Virus record (IMG/VR): IMGVR_UViG_3300022752_000068
Location: 1-63,839 of that record
Strand: one strand, 5' to 3'
DNA: 63,839 nucleotides
Source: a virus
Lineage: Duplodnaviria > Caudoviricetes
A program made the translations under genes and the position numbers. Positions within the stretch are counted from its first letter, which is position 1, and each line of letters begins with the position of its first letter. The notes beneath the pieces are model-generated. The model was not told the origin of the DNA, ran no database searches, and worked only from the letters and a program-made list of their open reading frames with translations. Shown one piece after another: positions 1 through 12,400 of the stretch.

Positions 1-912
1 GAATGAGCCTTGCAGCATGATCTGATGATTCTTGTGCATGAACCTCCCAGCCAACTATCGCCCTGCTATAGATGTCAATGATCATATACAAACGCAGAAA
101 TTTCCCTAGTATGTCGCTGGGCAAATAGGTGATATCCCAGCTCCAGACTTTGTTGGGTGCATCGGCCAACCAAGCTGTGGGCGCTGGAATTTTTCGAGGC
201 GGTTTTGCCCTGCCACGGCGTTGGTCTTGCTGGTGCTGCTTTAAAACCCTGTAGAAGCTAGATTCGGATGCCAAGTAAACACCCTGATCGGCCAGCCTAG
301 GCACAATTTGTGATGGAGGTAGGCTTTGGTATGGGGGGCTATTGCATACGTCAATGATGGCCTGTTTTTCATCTTGCGTCAGGGCCTGCGGATGATGGCG
401 CAACTGAGCATGGTGCTTTCGCTGATCCTCCAAGGGTCTATCGGTTTGACGCCAACGCCGCAAAGTTCGGCTATCAATGCCCATGGCCCAACAGGCTTTG
501 TGATAGCGGGCCCCAGAGTCAACGGCTTGCTCAATCCATGTGATGGCCATCTGTTTCATCTCAAGAGGAGTTAGCTTTCCTCTTTGATGCCCCAGATGGC
601 CTGCGCTTTTTTTGTTAATACCAGCAGAGCTGCTGCCTCGGCTAATGCTTTATCTTTACGTTGAATTTCCCTTTGCAAAGCTTTAAGCTCTTTGCGCTGC
701 ATGGCTAATTCATGCTTATTGGCAGGCACGGCATCCGTGTCTAAAGCCTCAAATGCGGCCTTCCAAGCATCCAATTGCTCAGGATAAAGGCCACACTCGC
801 GGCAATACTCTGAGCGCTCAAATTCGTTCATAGCCGCTGTGTGGATAACCGCAGCCAACTTGGCTTTGGAATCCCATTTATGCGGCGGTGTAGGTTTATG
901 GGGCATCGCATA
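1..912 (-). mobile_element. Partial IS3-type insertion sequence, copy A (minus strand; lacks its left end, runs off the window start)
   Basis: 571-906 matches the orfA C-terminal part seen at 63719-63839; 1-321 is the reverse complement of c.911-1231 apart from about 4 substitutions; A7G -1 frameshift motif at 606-613. Confidence 0.85.
571..906 (-). pseudogene. IS3-type transposase OrfA, 5'-truncated
   Basis: HTH plus coiled coil ending ALAEAAALLVLTKK; first c.51 codons (seen at 63566 onward) are missing. Confidence 0.75.
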
Positions 913-1722
913 CCTCCATCACAAATTGTGCCTAGGCTGGCCGATCAGGGTGTTTACTTGGCATCCGAATCTAGCTTCTACAGGGTTTTAAAGCAGCACC
1001 AGCAAGACCAACGCCGTGGCAGGGAAAAACCGCCTCGTAAAATTCCAGCGCCCACAGCTTGGTTGGCCGATGCGCCCAACAAAGTCTGGAGCTGGGATAT
1101 CACTTATTTGCCCAGCGACATACTAGGGAAATTTCTGCGTTTGTATATGATCATTGACATCTATAGCAGGGCGATAGTTGGCTGGGAGGTTCATGCACAA
1201 GAATCATCAGATCATGCTGCAAGGCTCATTCATCGAGCGTGCAGTTTGCATGGCATCAAACGCCATCAACTGACGCTGCACCCGGACAATGGAAGCCCGA
1301 TGAAGGGCGCAACCATGTTGGCAACCCTGCAACAATTAGGCATTGTTCCATCATTTAGCCGCCCCAGTGTGAGTGATGACAATCCATACTCAGAAGCTAT
1401 GTTCCGTACGCTCAAATACACACCGGCTTATCCAACCAAGCCATTTGAAAGTATTCACCAAGCCCGAACTTGGGTGCATAAGTTTGTGACCTGGTACAAC
1501 ACACAGCACCGCCACAGCGGTATTGCGTTTGTTACCCCCGAGCAAAGGCATCAGGGGCAAGATCATCAGATTCTTCAAAAAAGAAAATCCGTTTATGAAG
1601 CGGCAAAACGGCAAATGCCTAACCGCTGGAAATCGAGAACAACCCGTCAATGGCAAGGAAATCAAGCGGTTTGGCTCAACCCCAAAAAAGACCGGGGCCA
1701 ACCTTTAAAAACTATGGTCTAA
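841..1722 (+). pseudogene. IS3-type transposase OrfB (DDE core) with chimeric N-terminus
   Basis: WSWDITY, HPDNG and DNPYSEAMFRTLK motifs; the first c.23 codons are antisense orfA sequence. Confidence 0.8.
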
Positions 1723-1752
1723 TTCACTAAAAAGCGGTCATCTTTCGTGACA
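911..1752 (+). mobile_element. Partial IS3-type insertion sequence, copy B (3' part of orfB plus right inverted repeat)
   Basis: DDE integrase core; IRR at 1734-1752 (reverse complement TGTCACGAAAGATGACCGC) matches IRL TGTCACTATAGATGTCCGG at 63496 in 15 of 19 positions. Confidence 0.85.
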
Positions 1753-1989
1753 AACACCGAGGATGGCGCAGATTTCCCTCGCCCTGGCGCAGGGGGTCAT
1801 CTCCGGTGGAGATAAGAGTTTGATGATTTGCATGACGGCTCCGAAGAATTGCAACCGTCTTTATGGTCCGCCAAATCGTTCGAAGCGGATGGCAACGTAG
1901 GGCAAAGCTGCCGCTTTCTGTATTTCGCAAGATTTTCTTGCTTAATTGATCTCGCAAGATTAGAATGACGCTTTAGGAGGTGCCAAACC

Positions 1990-3132
1990 ATGCTCGACAA
2001 GATCTCGCACAAGCTGATCGGCTTCCGCGTGAAGGCGGCGCGCGAGGCCAAGGGCTGGACGCAGGATCAGCTTACTGAAGGCCTCGGTCTGAACGACCGC
2101 CAGTCGGTTTCCGACATCGAAAACGGCAAGCGCACGCTGCGGGCGGAGGAAATGCTCGCCCTGACCGATCTACTGGATCGGGACATCGAGTTCTTCATCG
2201 ACCCCTTTGCCGTGGCGGGTGAGGCGCAATTCAACTGGCGCGCCGACCCCGGCGTATCCGAGGACAGCCTGGACGGCTTCGAGCTGAAAGCTGGTCAATG
2301 GATCGGGCTGCTGCGCTGGTTGCGCGAACAGCGCGACAGCCGGGCCAGCGTGCTCAAGCGCGCCCTGCGCCTGTCCACCCAGTCGTCCTACGAGGATGCG
2401 CAGGAGCGCGCGGAAAGCCTTGCCGCAGAGCTTGACCTGGGTGTTATTCCTGCCGAGACCCTGATCGACAAGGTCGAGCGCGAACTGGACATTCCGGTGC
2501 TGTTCGTCGATACGGTTGAGACCGCAGACGGCAAGTCGATCTCCGGTGCCACCTGCCACTTGGAGGAGATGGGCGTCATCCTCATCAACCGCAACGAAAG
2601 CGAGGCTCGGCGCTTCTTCGACCTCGCCCACGAACTCTTCCACGCGCTGACGTGGGATGCGATGAAGCCCGAGCATCGGGAGTCGAACTCCTTCGAGGAG
2701 CGCACCAAGGGGAAACGCGTCGAGCAGTTGGCCAACAGCTTCGCGGCTGCGCTCCTGATGCCGCGTGCCTCGCTCGACAAACTCATCGACAAGGAACGCG
2801 TCAACGACATCGCGCATCTGTGTGAGGTCGCGGCCTTGCTGCGGGTCGCGCCAGTGGCGCTGGCATGGCGGCTGTTCAACCTCAAGCTCATCGGTGACGA
2901 CACTCGGCAAAGTCTCTCCCAAGAGAAGCAGCGGCCCTCCGTGTCGGGGCCACCCAAGCGTTTCTCTGCGTCCTTCGTGAAGATGCTGCACGAGGCGCTG
3001 GAGAACGGACGGCTGTCGGCGCGCAAGGCCGCCAAAGCCATCGGCATTGGCCTTGGTGGGCTGACCGAGCTGTTCGGCCAGTACGACCTACCCGTTCCGT
3101 TTGAGTTGTGGAATGTTGCCAGTAACGATTAA
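1990..3132 (+). CDS. XRE-family HTH plus ImmA/IrrE (peptidase M78) regulator from a high-GC genomic-island fragment
   Basis: N-terminal HTH_3 (WTQDQL...SVSDIENGKR) and HELFH zinc motif; markedly higher GC than the phage; C-terminus runs into low-GC phage DNA at c.3110. Confidence 0.85.
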   Translation: MLDKISHKLIGFRVKAAREAKGWTQDQLTEGLGLNDRQSVSDIENGKRTLRAEEMLALTDLLDRDIEFFIDPFAVAGEAQFNWRADPGVSEDSLDGFELKAGQWIGLLRWLREQRDSRASVLKRALRLSTQSSYEDAQERAESLAAELDLGVIPAETLIDKVERELDIPVLFVDTVETADGKSISGATCHLEEMGVILINRNESEARRFFDLAHELFHALTWDAMKPEHRESNSFEERTKGKRVEQLANSFAAALLMPRASLDKLIDKERVNDIAHLCEVAALLRVAPVALAWRLFNLKLIGDDTRQSLSQEKQRPSVSGPPKRFSASFVKMLHEALENGRLSARKAAKAIGIGLGGLTELFGQYDLPVPFELWNVASND

Positions 3133-3472
3133 ACTTCCTTGGCCGAGCACGAAGCTAAGTCCGAATGTTCGGGTGCATTGGGCTGTGCTTGCGAAGGCGA
3201 AGAAAGCCTACAAGGAGGAGTGTATTTACACGGCAAAGGCTCAGGGATTGAGGCGCATAAATGAAACTAGCTTACACGCTCACTTAGTATTTTACCCGCC
3301 AACGAAACGAGCATACGATATTGATAACGCCATTAGCAGATGTAAATCACTCATAGATGCCATCCGCGACGTTGTGGCCGTGGATGACAGTCTATGGTCT
3401 ATGTCGTTTGCTAAAGGTGGTACTGGTGGTTATGTCGAAGTCACTCTGAGTAAGCCTTCCGTCTCAGTGTAG
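3113..3472 (+). CDS. RusA-like Holliday junction resolvase
   Basis: LPWP.....PN start, FYPP..RAYDIDN...KSLID......DD motifs; ATG at 3113. Confidence 0.75.
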   Translation: MLPVTIKLPWPSTKLSPNVRVHWAVLAKAKKAYKEECIYTAKAQGLRRINETSLHAHLVFYPPTKRAYDIDNAISRCKSLIDAIRDVVAVDDSLWSMSFAKGGTGGYVEVTLSKPSVSV

Positions 3473-6400
3473 CAATACCTGATAGTACTTTCTGTTTTTG
3501 GCCTTCGAGTTTGGTAATAATTTCTCTGCGCCTATCAGCGGACAATGGTGTAGTTTTGCTCGAAGATACGCTATTTATCTTCTTGTTAAGCTCTTTAATG
3601 CGACGTGATAAATCATCTACCTTTGGCTCTACTATCAGTAGCTTTCGATATTCTTTGGCATACTTCCTTGCTTCGTCCCGTAGACCCGCGTCTTTGGCGC
3701 GTTTGACAGCCGTTGACGCAGCATCCACATCTGCCTTCAGGTCATAGAACAGTTGCTCTTTGCCGCGTCCAACGTCTTTGCGTATGAATGGGCCGATGAT
3801 AGGTGCTTCTTTTAATTCAGGTGTTGGTCTCTTTCCCTGTAGCGCAACGATGGAGTTTGCCGCCCATTGTGCTGTTGCACCCGTAGAACCAAATATGGCT
3901 CTTGTCAGGTGGTCTGCCGTGGTTGGTGCAATCAACCCTGTTTGCCCTATGAGTTTCCCAAGCTCGGATGTGTACGCTGTGAACTGCATCTCTGTTGGCA
4001 GGTCTTGGAGATATTCTGGCGTGATAGCCCTGTTGGTATGAAAACTCCTGTTTAGCGTAACCTCCAGTGCTTCTTTTGCGCCTGCTGGTACTGGGGTAGG
4101 CGGTGCGAATATTGCAGATAAAAATGCTTTGCCGTATGCCTTCTTTAGGCGTTCTGCGTCCCATTCGTTTTCGGTTGCATCCTTGAATATCTGGTTAATC
4201 AGGATTTCGGGCAATTGCTTGGTCAGAACTAGTACGGGGTTGTTTGCGGGCAATTTTATTCCGCTTGGCAGGATGTAGTGCTTGAGTTTGGTTTCATCAT
4301 CCAATTCTTCATAATCATCCGACTGCATAGCCAAAAATACGTAGGCTATGTTTAGCAGGGCTAACATGGCAAAGGCTTGAGATACTCGCTTCAATGCTTG
4401 CTTTCTGCTTATGCCTTTCAATCCAGAACCCACCAAAGTACGGATTAGGGTATCGGTTGAATTAATATATGCCGATAGGAATGGAACCAACTTGTGCAAC
4501 GTCTGTGCAAACCCACTTGTGCCCCTGCGTAATGGGTTGAACACATAACCCGACATATAGAGCGCACGGGTCATATCGCCTGTTTCATCCATGATACGCT
4601 CAAAGGTGGCTATACGCTGTGGCATATCAGCGGTATCAGATAGGTAATCCAATCCCGATGCCACGATGTTGCCAACGTTCTTGTTTATCACACCGATTTG
4701 CCGCTTGACTTCTAGTTCAGGTGTTTGCCCAACGCTGTAGTATCCACCGTACCCAAATGATTTGAGCAGGTCGGTTGTCGGGTTGTTCGTGTTCATGGCT
4801 TTGCCAAGTGATGCCCATGCCTTACGCATGAGTGCCATTGGTTTTTGAACGCCCGTAATAAATGACGCACTGGGCGCATCGAGGAACACCTGTTTTAATT
4901 GGAAAGCAAGGGTCAACGTAACAGAACGCCTAATGAAATTGCCGATTGATTGGCTTGCCTTAATTGCTTGCGCCCATCCTTTCGGGTCATTGTCGGCCAG
5001 CCCATAAATAGCGGCAGCAACCCAAGGGTCTTGGATTTCCACTACTTTGGGAACACCCATGTGTATATAGGTAAACCGATTCAATGCTTTGTCAGGCTTA
5101 TCAAAGGTGGCTATCTTTCCTCGCTCTGTTTTAGGCACATCATCCCTAAAGATGATCAGTGCGTTTTCCTTTGAAATTTGCTTATCATTCAGGCGTGTAG
5201 CGTACTCTCCAACAATCCTTGTGGCCGCATAGTGGCGCAAACCGTTTATGGTCATGCGCATAACACTGCGGGTCATGTTGTCGACGATGTTATTGATTTC
5301 CCTGTTTGCAATTAGGGTAATCGTGTCACCAATTTTGATGCCTGCTTTGATGTTTAGGTTGCCCTGTGGGTCAATAGAGTATTGGTCTTGTTCAAGTTGT
5401 ACGCCATTAACGAACACCCTCAAACCAGATGTCGGAATAGTCTTCAGCGTGTTTGACTGAATGGTCGGGGTTTCACCATCTTCCAGTACTCGCTCTCTCT
5501 GGCTTTCCCCTTCAAGCGATACAAAGCTAGTTTTTCCATCAACAGTGATCTTTACGCCAACCTCATCCCGCATTTCGGTCTTCATGTTTTTCTTCGTAAC
5601 CCGAATGATTGTCTTGCGCTCAGGTCTACCCTTCTTGAACTTCTTGATTGACGGGATATTGGTCAATGTTCGGGTAGTCGTTTCCGATGCTGAAGCAAAC
5701 TCGTCACCTTCTTCCATGATGCGGTTCCATGGCACATAGCTATCCATTGCCATGTAGTTTCTGTATGCTTCTTGGGTTAGCTTGCCAATCGAATACCAAA
5801 AGCGCACGATGTTTCTATTCACGCCGCGCCAGTTGTCAGCCATCACTTTTAGTTCAGGGTGTCGCTTATCCAATGCCGCAAATTCTTGCATCTCCTCTGG
5901 CAACATGGTTATCGAACGCACGGCAGGCATAATGTTTTCTACCAATTTGCGGGCATCTTCAACCATCTTGCGCAACTTATTGATGGTATTCTCATCAACA
6001 ACTTTCTTTTCCATTGCTTCAGCAGCAGCGGTCAGTTGCTCAATTCTTTCATCAATATCGGCTATCAATTGAGGATTACCATTGGCATCCTTCAAACCCT
6101 TCTGATAAGACTTCAGGTGGCTAATAATCTGCTTGGTAATGTTTGCCCTTGTTTGGTAGTCCTCGGTGCTCCTCGCTGCCGCTAACATCTGCTCTGCGTC
6201 TTGCCGCATAACATCACGTGCTTCATACGCTTCCATGATGTCAATCGAACGTCTGCCTTCAAAGTAGCCATTGATTATGTTTGCCGCCAGTTGCCTACCT
6301 AGTTTTTTGCGTAGCTTGCCTTCTTCCTTGTATACGTTGACCATGCTGTACCCAGTGCGTACCGCCTGGAACATCTTGGCTTCTTTGTTGTAGGAAATGC

Positions 6401-9400
6401 CGCCACGTTTGATAACCTCAACGGCTATATTTCCAGAGCGGGTAGCCTGGTCAATTGCAATAGATGCAACAGCCAAACCTTCGCTATCTTCGAGTAAACC
6501 ACCGTATTTAGCCATATCCCGTGCTTCAACGCCTGCGCCCGAGAATACGAACGTGGTACGTCCGCCAATCGCTAGGTCGGTAACATTGTTACCCATGTCC
6601 TTTACGGCTTCACGTGGGCTTTTAAGAACCTCTTTCAGGGTTTCCTTTATGTCGTCATAAACCTCAAAAGCAAATTCCTTTATCGTCTTGTTATCTGTCA
6701 GTGGGGTATCTGGTCTCGCATATTTTTCTAACAGTGCTTCATCATCCTTAACCGCTTGCTTATCGGTAGGCGGTTCTTCCTTGTACTCAGAAGTAGGTGT
6801 TACGGGGGTATAGTATTCGGCAGGCAGGTTCTCGGATTCCTTCTTGCCTTTGCTATAGCGGATGTCAGGATTGTCCGCATCATAAGTGCCAATGTTGCCA
6901 GTGGCGGATTTAATTTTCTCAGGATGGAAGGCGACAAACACCGCCGCACCATCGCCACCAGCGCCCGCAAATCTCGTATCGTTTACGCCGTCAAAACCAC
7001 GTCGTTCCATATCTGCAATAACAGCAGCGTTAAATTCATGCGCCTGCGCCATTGGGTCAAACGCCGCAGCAGCAACGCGCCGAGCCGCAGCCAAGTCCGC
7101 TAATGTGCCGGGGTTCTTGATTTTAAGATAAACAGAAATTGCGTCACCAAATAATGACGCACCCTGTCTGTCCGCCGTGAACCATGACCCGATGCCTCTC
7201 GTGGTATCAAACACAGTGAATTTCGATTTCGTCCCGTGATAAACCACCAACGGCCTACCTTGGTCATCCACAACCTTGCTATCACCAAACCAGCGCCAAA
7301 AGTTGCGCAGACCTTCGTCAGTCTGATGGATGCGCTGCCCGCTACTGTTTGCAATCGGTCGTTGCACACCGTCAACCTCTATGAAACCAGTTGCTCCAGA
7401 TTCTGTGCCAACTTTGCCTTCTTTGCTATAGCGGATGTCACCATCCTGTGCCGTGTCTTTACCTCTGCCAATCATTGCGTTTCTTGCGGGGATTATGAAC
7501 TTGGCAATAATCTCATCATTGGTCAGGTTTACATTGAACCCAATCTTGCGTAAGAAGCTACGCACGTAAGCCACTAGCCTGCGGATAACAGGTAGGTTTG
7601 GTCGTGTCTCTGCCAGCCTTGCAAGGTATTCTTCGGCGGCTTCACGTAAATCCTCAAACTTCAGTTCGCTCTCTGGCTTTTGGTTTGCCTTGGATGTGTA
7701 GTCGTCATAGATGGCCATTACATCCTTGCGGAAGTACTTGATGACATCTTCAAGTATCGGCTTCAAGCCTTTACCAAATTCACGCCGTAATGCCGCATGA
7801 CCAAATGCCTCATGGTACAGGGTCGTCAAAGCATCGTTGATGGATTCCGCACGGCTACGCAGAACATAGACAGTGCCCTTGAAGTAAAACCCTTTGGGGT
7901 CAGGGTCGCCTACTTCCTTGGTGGCGTTGAAATCGTCACGGACTTCCTGCGGTATGCGGGCATCATCCATGTTATCGGCAAGCACTACGTCAGGCGCATT
8001 TTCCCATCCAGCAATGGATTTGACTATGGCATCATCCAGCCCTTTAACCTGCGCACCTTTGCTTTCGTCTTTGCGGTAGAGGGGTCGCCTCCTATCAGCC
8101 AACACTTCTTCCTGCAATTCGTTATCAATTGCGCTTTGCGCTGGAGCAATCTTTGTAACTTGTTTTGTTGCAGGCTTGAATTCAGTGCGCGTTAACTCGT
8201 CACCGTTCACCTGCTTGCCAGACAGCATCGCCGCAAGATTCTCAGGGTCATCTGGAATAATAAACAGTGCGGCTCCATCCATCTGTTGCAGATGTTTGTC
8301 AACCAACATGCTGTATGTTTTCTTGTCAACATTGATGCAGCCAAACGAGTAACGCGAATCGGTTGCATCTTCGTTTTCCAGCGCACGAGCACGTGCATCT
8401 GCATCAGTTTCTCCCAACCACACAGAATGGAATAAAGTCACACTGGCTTTGCCGCCTAACGCCTTATCCAACACGAACACTTTTTTAAAGTCGTATTCGC
8501 CAGCGGTTCTTGCTTCGCTTGGGCTTCGCGTTGCGTCACGCAAACCCATCGTAAAGTATCCTGCGGGCGTAATACGGTTCTGGGGCAGTTTAGCGTTGCC
8601 CTTGTAGAAGTCACCCTTGGTCAGTCCAAACAAGGACTTTTTATCCAGCAGCAAAGAACCGTCTGGACGGAACACAAATACCCGTGCTGACGGTTTGTCA
8701 GCAATCACCATGAACTTGTTGTCCTTGATAAGGCGATCTTTAATACTTGGGTACAGCACCTTGTAAGACTGTTGTGCGCTAGGGGACATACGTCTTGCTG
8801 CCGTAGCAGGCACATCGGCAAATACTTGTTCTTCTGTTGTATAGGTGTAACTTGGGTGGAAAACAAATTCAGGCGGTGTGATGTTGGTCGGATTGATGAT
8901 TACAGCAATTGACAATACACCTGCGTGTAACTTGCGGATGATGTCACGTATAGCCTCTGCTACAGCTTCCGCACCTTCATTGGCAAAGCGAACAATATCT
9001 TCTTTGACCTTCTGAACAAAATCTGCTGTTTTGCGCTTATTTCCGTAGTGATTCTCAAGCGTAAGGATTTGGTTATTCGGCAGCAAAGCTACGTTGTCAT
9101 CAATCAAAACAGCTTCTACATCGATGATGATTGGTTCTTTGGTTAAACGTGCGGGTTTGACCTTTGCCGCTGTTTCTGGTTTCTTCAACGTTATCAGCCG
9201 AGCATTTGCGCCTGTTTGTGCAGGAAGGTTTGCGCCCTTAAATGTATTGGCAGGCAGTTTCTCTACATCCGCACCATTGTCATCAAGCCATTGCCTAAAC
9301 TCCTGCGCTTTCTTGTCGGAACCAAAGAACACACCTTCGCCCGCAATAGCCACTAACTTGCCGCCTGGCTTAAGCATATTCCATGCTCGTTGGATATGCT

Positions 9401-12400
9401 CTGCGTCTTTGCGGTCACTGAACGGTGGGTTCATCAGTACGACATCGTACTTTTCATCCGTCTCAAATGTTTCAAAATCATTGGCGACAAGGTTGTATCC
9501 CTTTAACTCAAGGATGTTACGCAATGCGCTGGATACCTCAACTACATCCACATCTGCGCCAGCGGCCTTTGCTGCATCCGCTAGGTTTCCGTTACCCGCT
9601 GAAGGCTCCAACACCTTCATGCCGTCGGTAATACCCGCCATCTCTACCATTTGCTTTGCGACTTCGGGTGGTGTTGGGAAGAAATCAAACCCCACCTTCT
9701 GCCCAACCAATGCACGTTCCGCTTCTTTGATTGGGTCACGCTTAGTCTCGCCGCCACGGTATTTCAAAAACTCTACCAGCGCATCTTTGAAATTACTCTC
9801 GGTAATGCCTGCTTTCTCTAAGCGTCTAATGCTTGCGAATCTGTCTGTCAGATTGAAGAATAGTTCTTTGGCCGCATCCTTGCCAATGACTTTCTGTATG
9901 TCGGCATACATCTCAGGCGAAGGCAGCTGCGTTTCGTATCGATACTTATCCCTAAATGCTACGCTGCCACGTTTTCCTTCAACGGCTTTATGCACTTTTT
10001 CAAGGGTGAACCAATCCGACCAAAAACCCTTCGGATACTGGGCGTAGCTTATGTCCTTTGGTTCGGCTTTTCTGTCCTTGTTGCGGTCAGCGTAATCAAC
10101 ATTCCTATCCGCCTCCGCTACCGCTATTTTCACCCGCATATCCAGTTCTTCAACTGCCGCTTTTGAAGTAATGCCGTTCAAAAGTTTCAGTTCACCATTA
10201 CCCATCGCATCCGCCAGCGCAATCATGGTCTTACCAATACGTATCGCTTCTCTTAGTCGATTCTCTGCTATGCCCGCCATAGTGGCGCGTCTTGACGTAT
10301 TGGCTAGCCGGTCTCTATTAAGATCCTCCTCAGAGTCAGCAATTAGTTTCTCGCCTGCTTGCCGTAGTTTTTCTGCGTTCTCTTTGGTTTTGGTGGTGTC
10401 AACAGTACCTTCTTCTGTCGGCACTTCCTCTGAGGCGCGGAGAATGACATCACGATTCCAAAACCTGCCGTCCTTAAGATTAAACTGGCCTATGATTGGG
10501 TCAAGTTTCAGCACCTTCTCTTTCAGCAGGGTGTTCATAGCGCGTTTGGCCTGTTCCTGCGTAAGGCCAAACTGCTCGACTACCGCATCAATGAAACGGG
10601 TAGCCGCATTGACTTGACGTTCAGCAAGGTATTTAGCACCAATGACGGGCTGCGGCGGCTTCCCTGTCGGTACTTTGACACCCAACGCAGCAAGTTGTTT
10701 GTTGTAATAGTCAAGCAACAGTTTGCTGTTGGCACTCTTTCCCTGCCATGCTGCGCCTGGTTTCCCGTTGGATTTTAATTCCGCATTAGCCTTTAGGTCT
10801 TGCAGTCCTTGTGCGTCTTTAGCATCGGCCAATTCTTTGATTTGATTGGCTATTCCTTCGTAGTACTGCGCAACGTTTGCGGGTGTTTTGCCTTGTTTGA
10901 AATCAGGGGATGGTATATCTTCGGCTGACTTAACAGTAGGCGTAATAGTCGCATCACTGCCTACCAACTCCTGTTGGCCGTGTGCAATGGCTATATCCGC
11001 TGGACTATCGCTGCCAGTCAAAACAAACCCTGCTGCCGCTTTGTCTGCTTTCTCTTTAGCCAGTCGTGCCTTCTCCGCTTCTGCTGCTGCCTGCGCTTCT
11101 TTCTCTTTTCGCTCTTGTTCGGCTGCTGCTTCTTCGGGTGTTTGTGATGCTAGCCCAAACATATCGGGCTGTTGGTCTGATGGTACTGTTGGCTCGGTGG
11201 GTACTTCTTCTTCGGCTGCTACGGGCTTTAGATATGGAGGAGGAACACCTCGCTCTTGGCGGACAATATCCACCAATGCGGGATTCGTTGACCAGTTAAC
11301 CCAATCCTCTTTAGCCTGTTTCAATTCAGCGATACGGGCTTTGATTGCGTTCTCGTCTTTCAGGTCGATGCCCTCTGCTCTTGCTACTGCTGGATTCCTC
11401 GATGCGCCTGTGATTGCCGATAGCCGTGTTTGTATCTCACGTTGCTTGCGGTGAACAATCTTTTCCATCTCTCTGGCTTCTTTGACTCCGCTGTCATCAA
11501 AGCCAAACATATCCAATTGTGTTACACCCTGCTCACGGGCAATAACCTTTGCCGCTTGCATTAGGTTGCCTGCCGATTGCGCAGATTTCCCCCTGTTGAT
11601 TACCTCGTTCAACCCAAGGTTTTGCAATGCCTCGTTATTAGGTGCGGTAGTGGCTATCGTGTAGGCGGCTTCGTCGTTAATTTGACCTCCGTTAATGGAG
11701 TCAATGAGCGCATCCGTTGCAGAATTTGCGATTGTGAAACCCCGCTGTCCCTTATTCCTTGCCAAAAGTCCTTTTGACTTAGCGGTTTCTTCGTCAATTC
11801 CGCTTTGTTTGAAGTAGTTGACATAATCTTTTATCTCCCCCTGGTCGTCCCGTATGTTAAGTTCTGCATCTTTAATAGCCATATCCATTTGGGTATAGCC
11901 ATCTGCTTCTTTGTAAATCTGTGCCGCTATCTTTTCGGTTCCACTGCGTACTGCCGCATCATGTCTATGCCGTCCCGATGCAAGATATAAATCCCCATTG
12001 GTTCGTTCCCACAATGCTATTGGCCCGACACCCTCTTGGGTGAATGGTGCTTTGATTGGGTTAACAATACCCTTTTCGTTTGCCCCCATTTTGAATTGCG
12101 GCAATAGTTCATTTGACTGCTTAATGTCGGCAACATTAACCATGACAATTGGAAAATCAGGTTCCCCATTTTGCGGTGCTGGCTCTTCTTTGGTTGCCTC
12201 TACTGTTGGCTGTACCGTGGGTTCTACGGACGGCTCTACCGTTGGAGTAACCTCGGGTTCTACTGCCTTCTCAGGTGTTGGGAAAATTGGCTCTTCCGGC
12301 ACTTGGACATCAACATCATTTTCTGCACCCGGCGCAAATATAGGCTCTTGAGTATCTTCCGTCGCATACGTTCCATCAAACGTAGGCTCCACTCTGGTTT

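Noticed and set aside
326-574. 82-aa plus-strand ORF
   Set aside because: Antisense to the IS orfB N-terminal region; no independent features
841-1722. Integrase-core ORF as the phage integrase
   Set aside because: It is the IS DDE transposase, within IS inverted repeats and with a chimeric N-terminus
2170-3047. Long minus-strand ORFs (273 and 219 aa)
   Set aside because: Shadow ORFs of a high-GC gene
1990-3132. XRE/IrrE gene as the phage's own repressor
   Set aside because: Much higher GC, abrupt junction at c.3110 and island-type upstream context indicate a separate origin; a functional link cannot be shown
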